Assembly: GCA_043228905.1 (NCBI GenBank)
Contig: JBHGNT010000005.1
Span: 16,244,001 to 16,308,000, forward strand
DNA length: 64,000 nucleotides
Reading direction: 5' to 3'
DNA from: Azolla caroliniana
Taxonomy: Eukaryota > Plantae > Polypodiophyta
Part shown: piece after piece, positions 53,119 through 64,000 of the stretch
How positions within the stretch are numbered: position 1 is the first letter of the stretch
Layout of the letters: each line of letters opens with the position of its first letter
Program-made: the position numbers and the translations under genes
The notes under the pieces: generated by a model
The model's database searches: none
What the model saw: only the letters and a program-made list of their open reading frames with translations
What the model was told of the DNA's origin: nothing

Positions 53119-53722
53119 TGTTAACCGTTCTGTTGGAAACACATTCGATATGCCTACAAGCTATCGATATCAAGGGAAGTGTAACGTGAAGACTTGTGCA
53201 TGGAGGTGTCGTTAGGGGAAGAACACGGAGAGCATACCCGGAATAGAGCCCGGGTTGTATACGTAGTTGAGACCTTAGAAATGACGGCACACAGATGAAA
53301 CAACAAGAGCTAATAGATATATATTACTGCAACAGTTAGCGATGATTACAAAAACACGGCCCACAGCCGGTAGCCTTACAAAGCTCTTATATCTATAAAA
53401 ACGACCTCGCCTAGGCTCTCGATATCTCTCCCCTGATGAGGTACGCAGACCTCGGTTTATATACTTCTTTTCCTTCATACAACGCCGAGCGGTCGGCTGA
53501 CTATGAGGCTCGAAACTCGGCGTTTACCTAACTCTCCCTTACCTACTCGCCTTACCTCCGGCGTATTACATTTAACTAATTTTTATTTTTGGCCTACGGA
53601 CAACACCTGGCACACCCGTGGGACAGGACTTTGTCCGTCGGATCCACGGTTTCCCATGGATTTGGCAAAACAACACGAATTACAAAAAATTGGCCGTTCC
53701 TACGAGGGTTGATAGGTTGGTT

Positions 53723-56700
53723 TTATTCCTCTTCCAATATGCCGAGGATATCCTCGGGGGCGTGGGGTTGGGTTGGCTGCTCGGTCAGGCGCGCCGGTGA
53801 TGGAGGTTGTGTTGCCGATTTGGGGATGGCGGTGTCGGCGTGTGTGCCCTCCTCTGTTGAGACCGATTTAGGCAGGGTCGGGTTTATAGTCTGTGGCTCC
53901 GGTGGGATGTGGACGTTGGTAGGAGGTAAGTCCTCTGGTTTAACCGCCGCGGTGAGTGGCTCGGTTGGGATGTGCAGGTCGGTAGGGGTAGGTTCTTCTG
54001 GTCGAGCTGCCGTGGGGAGGGACTCGGTTCCTTCCTCGGTGTTTGTGGGAGCTTTGTGACTCTCGATAGCGAGTCGTTCCTCCTCGTACGCTTCGGCTTC
54101 TAAACAAAACACCATTAGATCGTCGTTGAATTCCTCCAAGAGTTGCTCGATGGCCGCGGTGTGGGATGTTGCCAAGGTATGATATTCTTCTGTTAAGTCT
54201 TCACGGAGGGTCTGGATGCTGGTGTCATCCATCTTGTAAAACCCCCGGCCCTCCTTTCGTCAGTTTTCGGCATCCGCGCGTAGTATGTGTAGGTCTGCGG
54301 CTTGGGCTGACCACTCCTGCCAGACATGGTCAAGCGTTTCTTTGATCTTCGTGGTGAATTGTTGGCGATACTTGTGGATTAGGATCTTGATTTTGGTATC
54401 ATCCATGCCGATGCTCGCGCGGTGAACTTCCAGTGCCTCCCTTGCGGCCTTGGCTTCTGCTTGGCTTTTGCAGGCAAAGAGTGCTAAAGTAGCTTGATTA
54501 TCTTTTGCTTTTTCCGTGATAAGCGCAATGGTCTGCTCATAACGGTTGGTGAGCTGAGCTACAGTTTCGTCCCTTTCCTGTCGCTAGGCGTCCCAGTGTT
54601 GTTCTTTGACGGCGATGTGCTCGGATTGCAACTGGTGATATGCGTCGGAATTTTTTGCTTGTTGCTCCTCCGAGATTCTCCACTTCTGCAAATGTTCGTT
54701 GGCCATGTCATGGAAGGCGCACTGATGACGACGCAATTCCTGGTTGTCGGCGAAGAGCTCTTGTTCCCGTTGGCTATTCCGCTCGGTTTCTTTGATGAAC
54801 CGTTCCTTAGCCTCAGTGATAGAGACTTGGAGGGTCATCACCTCTCGTTCTTGTGCTTCAAGTGCGGCCAACCTTTCAGCAAGCAATCACTTGAGGTTCG
54901 CTTCACGGCTCGCGGCTCGTTCTCGTTGTTGGGCAAGAATGTTGTTGTGATTCTGTTCGGCCAACTCGGCCAGAGCGATCTGGGCCTGAAGCTCCTCCTG
55001 GTAATCCCTAAGGGGAGGCCCTATCTGCGTTGTCGTTTGCTGGAGTTGGGCCGAGGACTCCCTGTATGTCTGTGTCGCTCGTTCTATGACGACCAGAGGT
55101 GGTGGCGTTTGCGTCGAGGCTTGGCTGGTTTGGGGGTGCGGGCTGATATCTGAGCGTGACGATGGCTCACTTGTCTGTACCGAGTCTGTCATTGTGCTGG
55201 CCTCGGCTGTGGCTACCGTGGGGTGGGCGGTGTCGTCTTTGGTATCTTCAGCACTCGGGCTGGGGTTCGGAAGAATGGCTGGTGAGACAGCTTCACTCGG
55301 CGCAAGGAGGATTAAGGGCGGTTGTTGCTGTGTGAGTGTCACCAGTTTCTCCTCGACGGCTTTCCATAGGTCGGTAGCCCGTTTGGCTTGCTGATGCGCC
55401 GTTTTGATACGTCGGGCCATGTCCTTGGCAGCCCGAGTAGTGTGGTGTAGATTGCGATATGCCTCGACTAAGGCCATGTTCAGATCCGGTAGTTCCATGA
55501 GGAGCGAAGCATTCTGTACTTGCTTCTTCCGTCCTATCTTTTGTAAGGTTCGATCCTCATGAGGTTCGATTTCACCCATTAGAGCGCATTGAATCATCTT
55601 TGTTTCGGCGTGCTCCTCGGCCATACGAGCGGCGGCAGCTACTTGGGCGCGCGCGAGGAAATCCATTAACTCATAAGTTGTGCCTAGTCGAAGTAGGGCA
55701 CTGAACTTGTATGCCTCTGCGGGGAGATCTTTGTACCCGAGGACTTCCTCCTCTGATATTTGCGTTTTTTGGCCATGCTCAATCGTTCCGACTTGGAGCC
55801 ATGACTCCGCTGGTACTATGTCCATGGAGGGTGGGCTAGCCTCTTTTGATTTCTAACGTTGGTCGCCTTCGGTTTCTGTGGTTGCCTTTTGAATGATACA
55901 ACGTCTTTTTGGCGGTTGATCCTGTGCGTCCGGGGCCGGTGGTGTTGGCTCCTCGGCCTATTTCCTCTTCTACTGCTGGATGGCCGAGGGCTGCTGGCTT
56001 GTGGGCCGTGGGCTCGGTTGTGGAGAGGTCATTGATGTCCTTGGTGGCCTCTGGTGTATGGTGACATCCTTGGGGATGGCCTCCTCGGCCTCATCCCATT
56101 CGACACGGGTTGCTGTTACCGCCCATTGTCTTTGTGTTTTTGGTGGGGGTGGGGCCGAGGCGGAAGCGGGGTTCCGAATGCTTGAGGGAGGTGGAGAAGA
56201 TGAGGAGTCTTCCCATTCATCCTGAGTTATTTCCAAAAACTTCCCGCGTTGTTTCCTTGGTGGGGGTGGAGAGGTCAAGATGCGATGAGGGGAAACCGAA
56301 GGAGGTGGGTAGAGGACTTTAAGGAAGTGATTGATCACAAGCAACAAACGCTTACCGGTTTGGAAGGAGTTGAGTGCCGCACGGATTACTTCGCCTGTGA
56401 TGATTCCCCAGTCGATTTTGTTTCCCTCGTAGGCACTGATAATGATCGCCACTTTGCTTTGTGGCATATTGGTAGGGTTGGTATGCACGAACGCGTACTC
56501 CATCAGGATGCGAGTGAGTTCTCTGAATGCCTTGTTGGATCCCTCGTAAGTGCGGTAGGCTTTACCAGATATGGAATACGCACCAAAGTATTCCTTCAGG
56601 GTCGTGGAAGGGAAAATCTCGACCTCATGATCACCTCCTCGTTTCAGGTCCAAGGCAACACGAATCATATTGTTGGTGACTGTGTCCGGGTGGATTCGGT

Positions 56701-57124
56701 GTGCGACCGCTTGGGCACCTGGGTGTGCAGGGGCATCGATCACCTTTAAATAACCACCCAATCCTCGTTCTTGAAGCCAGGAGCGGGTTTCTTGTGAAGC
56801 TGCAAGAGGCATAATGGACTCGGGGTTTTGCTGTGTGGAAGATTGGGGAAGGAGGATTTGACTAGGCCGACACAGAGTGAAGGAAGGAGATGGTTGTGGT
56901 CCGGCAGAGGGGCTACGAGGGCAAGAGAGGGCTTGTGAGCAAGAGTGGTGGGAGTGATGAATGCGTTGAGAGCGAGAGGAAGCTTGAGAGCGTGGGAGCG
57001 ATGAAAGCTGGGTGTGCAAGAAAACGTTTGTGTGTGGGGTGGGGTTGGGGTAACTAATTTTTAGCGAGTGCCTAGGGTTTTGTGCATGAAGAGGAGCATG
57101 GAGATTCTTGGGCGTGGATGCCAT
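53723..57124 (-). pseudogene. Long accessory ORF of G (~1100 codons, broken) with Pro-rich and coiled-coil regions
   Basis: Consecutive minus-strand ORFs 57124-55970, 55825-54887, 54886-54584 and 54232-53723; N- and C-termini homologous to the A extra ORF. Confidence 0.75.
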
Positions 57125-57497
57125 AATAGGATATTATGGCCACGTGTCCTAGGAAGTTAGTGCTTTGCTTTGGATGCTGTGCATGTGCCTTTAAATACTT
57201 AAGTGAATGTGAAAGTGACTAATGTGTGCCTCTAAACATGACGTGATTTGGGTGATGTGGTAGGTGGTGTAGGTGGAACTAACTAATTGCTAAAACTATG
57301 CCTAATCCTACCTAATGTCTACTTTGGGAGGCTAGTGGGTTCTTACCGAGGGGGACGTGTGGCCTCCTTCGTGGCCTTGTCCGTGCCGTGAGACTCAACA
57401 AAAGGGTTGGCTGGGGTATTTCCCTGGTACGGTCGTAGTCGGAATCCATTCACCTAGCTTTTGACAATTTCCCCGGCGAGGGTGCCGAGCTGGAACA

Positions 57498-58008
57498 TGT
57501 CGAGACTCGTGGGTAGAAGATAGAGTGAGAGCGAGAGCGAGAGCGAAAGAGAGAGGGTGTGTCTGTGTGTGCGTGAGAGAGAGAGAGTGAGAGAGATAGA
57601 GTAAGAGAGAGAGAGTTAGAGAGATAAGACTTGAAATAGAAATGAGATTATATTATGATGAAACAAGATTACAATGAGTAGGCTAAGGGCTAAAGACTGG
57701 TGTTGAACCGAATGAGTTGAAACGAATGTATAGACAATTATTTATAGGTCCTTATGGAGTAATCTAGAATGTTCTAGAATATTTTAGATTTTATGATAAG
57801 AAATATAATCATGAAATATTAAAGGATGTTCTAGAATAATCTAGAATGTTCTAGAATGTTCTAGAATATTCTAATATCTTGTAATAACTAGAAACATAAT
57901 TATTATAATCAAACAATATATATGTTATTACAATGGTTAAGGGTTCAACACATAGAACAAGAAGTCGTGGGTTCGATTCTTGATAACCAAAATATTGTCT
58001 TCATGACA
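57498..58008 (-). mobile_element. Solo LTR with heat-shock-element array inserted in G integrase
   Basis: TGTC...TGACA; TSD GAACA/GAACG; (GA)n tract; shared GCTAAAGACTGGTGTTGA motif with 35714-36157. Confidence 0.87.
57760..57895. promoter_or_regulatory. Heat-shock element arrays
   Basis: GAAtgTTCtaGAAtgTTCtaGAAtaTTC at ~57844-57871 plus a second cluster at ~57765-57780. Confidence 0.78.
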
Positions 58009-58952
58009 GAACGTGCCGTTAAACTCGTCAATAATCCAAAAGGGGCCGGTCCATCGAAATCGTAACTTTCCTGGCATAGCATCGAGTTGCATCTGGAAAA
58101 CGAGGACCAATTTGCCTATGGTCAGTTCTTGTTCCAATCCCTTCCGATGTCGGTCCGCAAAGGCTTTCCGTTGGCGTTGGCACTGTTCAAGTTGGGCCAT
58201 GCTCGGTACTCGGTTCTCGCCAAGTTCGAGGAGTTGTTCCAGCCTCAATTGTTCGGATTGGGCCTCGGGAAGCCGTGCTTTAACTTGAACTTGGAACTCG
58301 ATGGGCATAACGGCTTCGAGATCGAAAGCCATCCGAAAGGGGGTGGATTGAATGCTCATTTTGAATGTCGTGCGATAAGCTCATAGTGCACTCTAGAGCG
58401 TGTCATCCCAATCGGTGCGGTTCTCGTTGACGATCTTCTTCAGGATTGTTTGGAGAATTTTGTTAGTCAATTCTGCCAATCCGTTTGCATGCGGGTAGTA
58501 TAGCGTACTTTTCTTATGTACCACTGTGTAGTGAGTCGTAAGCTCGTGTATTTTATGGTTTATAAAGTGCCCACCTTGGTCACTAACGAGCTCAATTGGG
58601 CATCCATAACGGCACCAGAGATGTTCGTACACGAATTTGGCCGTGGATGCTGCCGTGTTGTCTCGTAAAGCCTTTGCCTCGACCCATTTTGTGCAGTAGT
58701 TTGTGGCCACGATGATATATACTTATTACCGGTTCGGGCCACAGATGGTTTGAAGGGTCCCACAAAATCTAACCCCCATTTTTGAAATGGTTCCAATGGA
58801 AGAATGGGTTGGTGTGGCATTCGAGCTTGTTCCATCGGCTGTCCCAACCATTGGCACAAGTCGTATTGTTGGCAGAACTCGTGGGCATCCTTTTTCGTTG
58901 TAGGCCACCATAACCCACTCTACCATACTTTCCTTGCCGTGGCCTCTCTAGC

Positions 58953-61900
58953 TGTTGGAATTACGGTCCCTTCGGATGGGATGGTCGGATGTCGGAGATG
59001 AATGCCGACAAGCCCGGTTTCGGTTTCGGAACCGGATGAGGAAGACCCCGACTTCGGAGCCGGATGACGAATGTACCCGGAGAGCGATCCGAATGCAGGG
59101 ACATATCCGTGAATATGTCTGCTATGGGCCCCTGAGGCTATAGTTGTAAATAGCCCCAAAGTCATATATGTATAAATATGACTTAGGGCAAACTGTTTTA
59201 GTGTTGCTTATCATTTTTCTGTTTTTCCACTCAAGAGGAGTGAAGAGGAAGCAGCCGTGAGAGAGAGAGAGATAGAGCGCGAGAGAGGAAGAGGACGACG
59301 CCTCTGTGTATTTCCGCCGCCTGTGGCGAGGACAGCGAGCTCAAGGTCGTCGCCTTGGAGCTCGCCATTGTATACTTCTCTTTGTATAGTGTTGTTTGGA
59401 GTCTTGTACTCCCGTGGTTTTTCCCATCTAGGGTTTTCCACGTTAATCCCTGTGTACTCGTGTGTTTCTCTCTTTGGTTCCTATTTTCTGCTGCATTGAT
59501 CCGCGATTACTCGGTTGTGGCCGAGCGGTGAAGGTGAATCGAAGCGTCGATTCCCAACAATCTGGTATCAGAGCGAGCTGTTGCAGAAAATGGAAGGCGG
59601 CGGCAGCGGGCAGCCGGGGATGATGGTGCTGAATGCGCAGAATTACGCCGACTGGAAGATCAAGATGGAGGATCTTCTGATTGTTCGGGACCTGTACGAA
59701 CCGATTGACAGGTCGGAAATACCGAAGGGGGTACTTGAGTCGGAGTGGAAGCTCCTGAACCGGAAAGCCGTTGCAACGATCCGACAATATGTCGATGTAA
59801 GCGTCCTACAACATGTGGCGAACGACACCAACGCATATGAGATGTGGAAGAAGCTGTCGGGCCTCTACGAGAGGAAGAATGCGTTGAACCGGACCTCCCT
59901 GATGAGGAAGATAGTGAACCTCAAGTACCGGGACGGCGAGAGTATGGTTGAACACGTAAGCACGTTCATGGGATTCGTGAACCAGCTTGCGGCGATTAAG
60001 TTCCCGTTGGAGGATGCAATGCAAGCCATCATCCTGATGTGTACATTGCCGGAAAGCTGGGAGAACTTGGTGGTGACTCTCAGCACCTCCTGCACCGAAG
60101 ATAACTTGTCCTTACAAACGGTAAAGACAAGTATTTTGAACGAAGAAGCGCGTCGGAGAGATAAAGAACCGGCCTCCGACTCGAAGGCGCTGCTTACCGA
60201 ATCGGATCGGGGAAGACAATGGAACCGGAGTCCGCAAAGACGGGAGAAGTCGGGGACCCGGTCGCAGTCAAGAGGAAGGCCCACATGCTTCCACTGTGGG
60301 AAGCCGGGGCACTTCCGAAAGAATTGTCGGCATTACCGAAAAGACAACGGAGCCGACGACACCGATTCGAAGAAGTCACCGGAGAGAAACGGTGCATACC
60401 GGGGAGCCACGGACCGGAGAGGTTCGGATCGGCGAGGGCAGGACCGGAAAGGAACAACGGCACTCGCGGCAAGTGAGGAAGAAATCATGCTCATCACCGA
60501 AGAAGGTGAACTAAACATTGCCGGCGATGAGACAACCTGGGTGGTCGATTCCGGAGCATCGTTCCACCTGACCCCGGAGAGAAGATACTTCTCATCCTAC
60601 ACAGCCGGTGAGCATGGCTGTGTTCGGATGGGAAATGAAGGTACGTGCCGGATTGCCGGCATCGGAGACGTGTGGTTGACAACCCCGACCGGATGCAAAA
60701 TGCTGCTGAAGGATGTCCGACACGTTCCGGAGGTTCGATTGAACCTGATTTCGGCCGGGAGGCTAGACGATGAAGGCTACACAGGTAGCATCCGGAACGG
60801 CGTAATGAAGTTCAGCAAGGGGAGCCTGATAGTGGCTCGGGCCCGGAAAGACAACACACTGTACCTGATGAATGCCCGGTTATGTCCGGAAGAGCTGAAT
60901 GTGGCAGCCGACACTGCCGGTGAGCTGTGGCACAAAAGATTGTGCCACATGAGCGAGAAGGGGATGAAGAGGCTTGCAAAAGACAACCTTATTCCAGTGA
61001 AGCATGTGCACCTGGAGAAGTGCACCGATTGCCTGGCCGGTAAGCAGAACCGAACCTCCTTCCACTCAAGGCCACCGACGAGACGTAGCGCACCATTGGA
61101 GTTGGTGCACACTGATGTGTGTCAGGTAGAAACGAAGTCACATGGCGGAGCCCAGTACTTCGTAACTCTCATAGATGATCATAGCCGAAGACTGTGGACG
61201 GCACCGATGAAGACAAAGGACCAAGTGTTGTCCGTCTTCAAAGAACTCCACGCGAGAGTGGAAAGAGAATCCGGCAAGAAGCTGAAAGCGATACGAGCGG
61301 ATAACGGAGGGGAATACCGGGGGCAGTTCCAGGAGTACTGTCGCTCGAAGGGAATCCGACTCGAGTTTACTGTGCCGAAGACGCCGGAACTGAACGGGCT
61401 GGCCGAGAGGATGAACCGGACCATAATGGAGAGGGTCCGGAGTATGCTGGCGCATGCGAAATTACCCAAGGGATTTTGGGCTGAGGCAATGTCGACGGCG
61501 ACATATGTGATAAATAGATCACCCTCAGTACCTTTGGACGGAGACACGCCGCAGAGAGTGTGGACCGGTAGGGAAGTATCCTACCGGCATCTGAAGGTGT
61601 TCGGGTGTCTCGCATACGTGCATGTGGCAAAGGACCGGAGAGGAAAGCTAGATCCAAAGACCCGGCCATGCATATTCCTCGGTTACGGCGACGACGAGTT
61701 CGGCTACCGAGTATGGGACCCGGTCGACAAGAAGATATTCAGGAGTCGAGACATCATCTTCATGGAGGACAAGACACTCGCCGACTGGGAGTCGGAGAAG
61801 AAGATGAAGAGCTCCAAGTCGACCGGTGAGGATCAACTCTACGAGGAGCAGTCCCGACCGGCAAGGGACCGGTTAGCACTCGAGGATCCGGCCGAAGACG

Positions 61901-64000
61901 GTGAAGAAACAGAACCGGCCGAAGAAGATGAAAATGATACCGGAACCGGCCCCGATCCCGAAATGGATTCGGATGAAGAAGAATCGGAAGAACCGGTTAC
62001 CGAAGCTCCGAAACGGAGATACCCTCTAAGAGAGAGAAGGCCCCCCCGGAGATTTCCGGAACCAGAGCACGTGTTGCTAACCGACGAGGGGGAGCCGGAG
62101 AGCTTTGAAGAAGCGAAGCATGACACCCAGAGCCGCAGGTGGTTGAGTGCCATGCAGGACGAGATGGATTCCCTGCATGAGAACCACACATATGAACTTG
62201 TGGAGTTGCCGAAAGGAAAGCGGGCACTTCGAAACAAGTGGGTGTTCAAGCTGAAACCGGGAGATGCCGGAAACCCCCCGAGATACAAAGCCAGGATCGT
62301 GGTGAAGGGGTTTCAGCAGAAGAAGGGCGTCGACTTCGACGAGATATTTGCCCCGGTAGTGAAGATGACCTCCATCCGGACGGTGCTGAGCATAGCGGCA
62401 AGCATGGACCTCGAGGTAGAACAGATGGACGTGAAGACGGCATTCCTTCACGGTGACCTCGATGAAGAGATCTACATGCAGCAACCGGAAGGATTCGAGA
62501 AGAAAGGGAAGGAGCACCTGGTATGCCGATTGAAGAAGAGCCTTTACGGACTGAAGCAGGCTCCCCGGCAATGGTACCGAAAGTTCGACTCCTTCATGAC
62601 CGACGAAGGGTACCTCAAAACGCAGTCCGACCACTGCGTGTTTGTGAAGAAGTTCGAAGGAGGAGACTTTCTAATACTCCTCCTGTACGTGGACGACATG
62701 TTGATCGTCGGACGGGACCAGGTCAAGATACGGATGCTGAAGAAGGCTCTTCACCGAACCTTCTCAATGAAGGACCTGGGTCCGGCGAGACAAATACTAG
62801 GGATGCACATCATCCGGGACCGGAAGAAGAAGCAGTTGTGGCTGTCACAGGAGAAGTACGTGACGAAGGTGCTTCACCGGTTCAACATGTCGGAAGCAAG
62901 ACCGGTCGGATCGACCCTCCCAGCAAACTGCAAGCTGTCCAGCAAGCAAAGTCCCAAGACAAAGGCTGAAAAGGAGGATATGATGAAAGTGCCGTATGCC
63001 TCAGCCGTCGGGAGCTTGATGTACGCCATGGTGTGTACGAGACCGGACATAGGATATGCAGTCGGAGTGGTGAGCCGGTACATGAGCAATCCCGGCAAAG
63101 AGCATTGGAACGCGGCCAAGTGGATACTCCGATACCTGAAGGGCACGGCAAACGTGTGCTTCCGATTCGGCTCCGGTAAGCCCGAACTCGACGGCTTCAC
63201 CGATTCGGATATGTCGGCTGATGCAGATACCAGCCGGTCCACATCAGGGTATGTGATGACGTATGCAGGGGGAGCTGTTTCGTGGCAGTCGAGGCTGCAG
63301 AAGACGGTTGTGTTGTCAACCACGGAGGCGGAGTACATGGCAGCTGTTGAAGCCGGCAAGGAAATAATATGGATGAAGGACTTCATTAGAGAGCCCGGTA
63401 TCCGGCAGGAGGAGTACCGACTCTACTGCGACAGTCAGAGTGCAATCCACCTTGCGAAGAACGCGGCCTATCACTCCCGGACGAAGCACATCCAGCGAAG
63501 ATATCACTGGATCCGGGAAAGGATAGAAGACAAGGAGTTCGTGCTGACAAAGATCCACACGGACGAGAACGGGTCGGATATGCTGACCAAGGTGCTCACA
63601 CCCGACAAGCTGGAAGCATGCCGGAAGAGGATCGGATTGGAAAGACATCCCATGCCGAAGTGAAGGGGGAGTTTGTTGGAATTACGGTCCCTTCGGATGG
63701 GATGGTCGGATGTCGGAGATGAATGCCGACAAGCCCGGTTTCGGTTTCGGAACCGGATGAGGAAGACCCCGACTTCGGAGTCGGATGACGAATGTACCCG
63801 GAGAGCGATCCGAATGCAGGGACATATCCGTGAATATGTCTGCTATGGGCCCCTGAGGCTATAGTTGTAAATAGCCCCAAAGTCATATATGTATAAATAT
63901 GACTTAGGGCAAACTGTTTTAGTGTTGCTTATCATTTTTCTGTTTTTCCACTCAAGAGGAGTGAAGAGGAAGCAGCCGTGAGAGAGAGAGAGATAGAGCG
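58953..64000 (+). mobile_element. Intact young Ty1/Copia element K (3' LTR runs off the window)
   Basis: 5' LTR 58953-59559; PBS TGGTATCAGAGC at 59563; PPT GAAGGGGGAG; 3' LTR from 63674 with 1 mismatch in the 327 visible bp. Confidence 0.97.
59590..63663 (+). CDS. Copia gag-pol polyprotein (1357 aa)
   Basis: Uninterrupted ORF: CFHCGKPGHFRKNC, WVVDSGAS, LVHTDVC..RADNGGEY..NGLAER, LYVDDM, RTKHIQRRYHW. Confidence 0.97.
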   Translation: MEGGGSGQPGMMVLNAQNYADWKIKMEDLLIVRDLYEPIDRSEIPKGVLESEWKLLNRKAVATIRQYVDVSVLQHVANDTNAYEMWKKLSGLYERKNALNRTSLMRKIVNLKYRDGESMVEHVSTFMGFVNQLAAIKFPLEDAMQAIILMCTLPESWENLVVTLSTSCTEDNLSLQTVKTSILNEEARRRDKEPASDSKALLTESDRGRQWNRSPQRREKSGTRSQSRGRPTCFHCGKPGHFRKNCRHYRKDNGADDTDSKKSPERNGAYRGATDRRGSDRRGQDRKGTTALAASEEEIMLITEEGELNIAGDETTWVVDSGASFHLTPERRYFSSYTAGEHGCVRMGNEGTCRIAGIGDVWLTTPTGCKMLLKDVRHVPEVRLNLISAGRLDDEGYTGSIRNGVMKFSKGSLIVARARKDNTLYLMNARLCPEELNVAADTAGELWHKRLCHMSEKGMKRLAKDNLIPVKHVHLEKCTDCLAGKQNRTSFHSRPPTRRSAPLELVHTDVCQVETKSHGGAQYFVTLIDDHSRRLWTAPMKTKDQVLSVFKELHARVERESGKKLKAIRADNGGEYRGQFQEYCRSKGIRLEFTVPKTPELNGLAERMNRTIMERVRSMLAHAKLPKGFWAEAMSTATYVINRSPSVPLDGDTPQRVWTGREVSYRHLKVFGCLAYVHVAKDRRGKLDPKTRPCIFLGYGDDEFGYRVWDPVDKKIFRSRDIIFMEDKTLADWESEKKMKSSKSTGEDQLYEEQSRPARDRLALEDPAEDGEETEPAEEDENDTGTGPDPEMDSDEEESEEPVTEAPKRRYPLRERRPPRRFPEPEHVLLTDEGEPESFEEAKHDTQSRRWLSAMQDEMDSLHENHTYELVELPKGKRALRNKWVFKLKPGDAGNPPRYKARIVVKGFQQKKGVDFDEIFAPVVKMTSIRTVLSIAASMDLEVEQMDVKTAFLHGDLDEEIYMQQPEGFEKKGKEHLVCRLKKSLYGLKQAPRQWYRKFDSFMTDEGYLKTQSDHCVFVKKFEGGDFLILLLYVDDMLIVGRDQVKIRMLKKALHRTFSMKDLGPARQILGMHIIRDRKKKQLWLSQEKYVTKVLHRFNMSEARPVGSTLPANCKLSSKQSPKTKAEKEDMMKVPYASAVGSLMYAMVCTRPDIGYAVGVVSRYMSNPGKEHWNAAKWILRYLKGTANVCFRFGSGKPELDGFTDSDMSADADTSRSTSGYVMTYAGGAVSWQSRLQKTVVLSTTEAEYMAAVEAGKEIIWMKDFIREPGIRQEEYRLYCDSQSAIHLAKNAAYHSRTKHIQRRYHWIRERIEDKEFVLTKIHTDENGSDMLTKVLTPDKLEACRKRIGLERHPMPK

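Larger units (their letters stand above)
53119..58952 (-). mobile_element. 3' half of Gypsy element G (relative of A), interrupted by Copia K
   Basis: 3' LTR 53119-53605 (TGTTGTCCG..CGGTTAACA in element sense); integrase fragments 58950-57340 similar to A; long extra ORF. Confidence 0.88.

Noticed and set aside
53430-53520. Hammerhead ribozyme (CTGATGAG)
   Set aside because: No correctly placed GAAA core or closing helices.
59515-59589. N-terminal extension of the Copia K ORF
   Set aside because: Starts at a non-ATG codon inside the LTR; the homologous start is ATG 59590.

Overview
Repeat-dense land-plant nuclear DNA; a non-seed plant is a weak inference from the retroelement types. One intact host gene, a 14-exon peroxisomal acyl-CoA oxidase (ACX1-type, 40613-47625, ending in PTS1 SRM), lies between two nested LTR-retrotransposon clusters. 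Left cluster: Copia H contains Gypsy C, which contains Gypsy A (holding two solo LTRs and gag-only element B) and Copia D; separately, a LINE 3' end contains Copia J, which contains Copia E and solo LTRs. Right cluster: Gypsy F contains Gypsy G, which contains a solo LTR and the intact young Copia K. Most notable observations: (1) Gypsy A and G have no polypurine tract; a copy of the primer tRNA 3' end (an inverted PBS) sits 2 nt before the 3' LTR instead. (2) Three LTR families carry an antisense tRNA-like A-box/B-box module in U3. (3) Two solo LTRs carry heat-shock-element arrays. (4) A tRNA-Trp-primed Gypsy lineage makes 4-bp ACGY-type target duplications. (5) One Gypsy LTR has captured part of a Copia U3. 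All coordinates were read by eye and no database searches were run.
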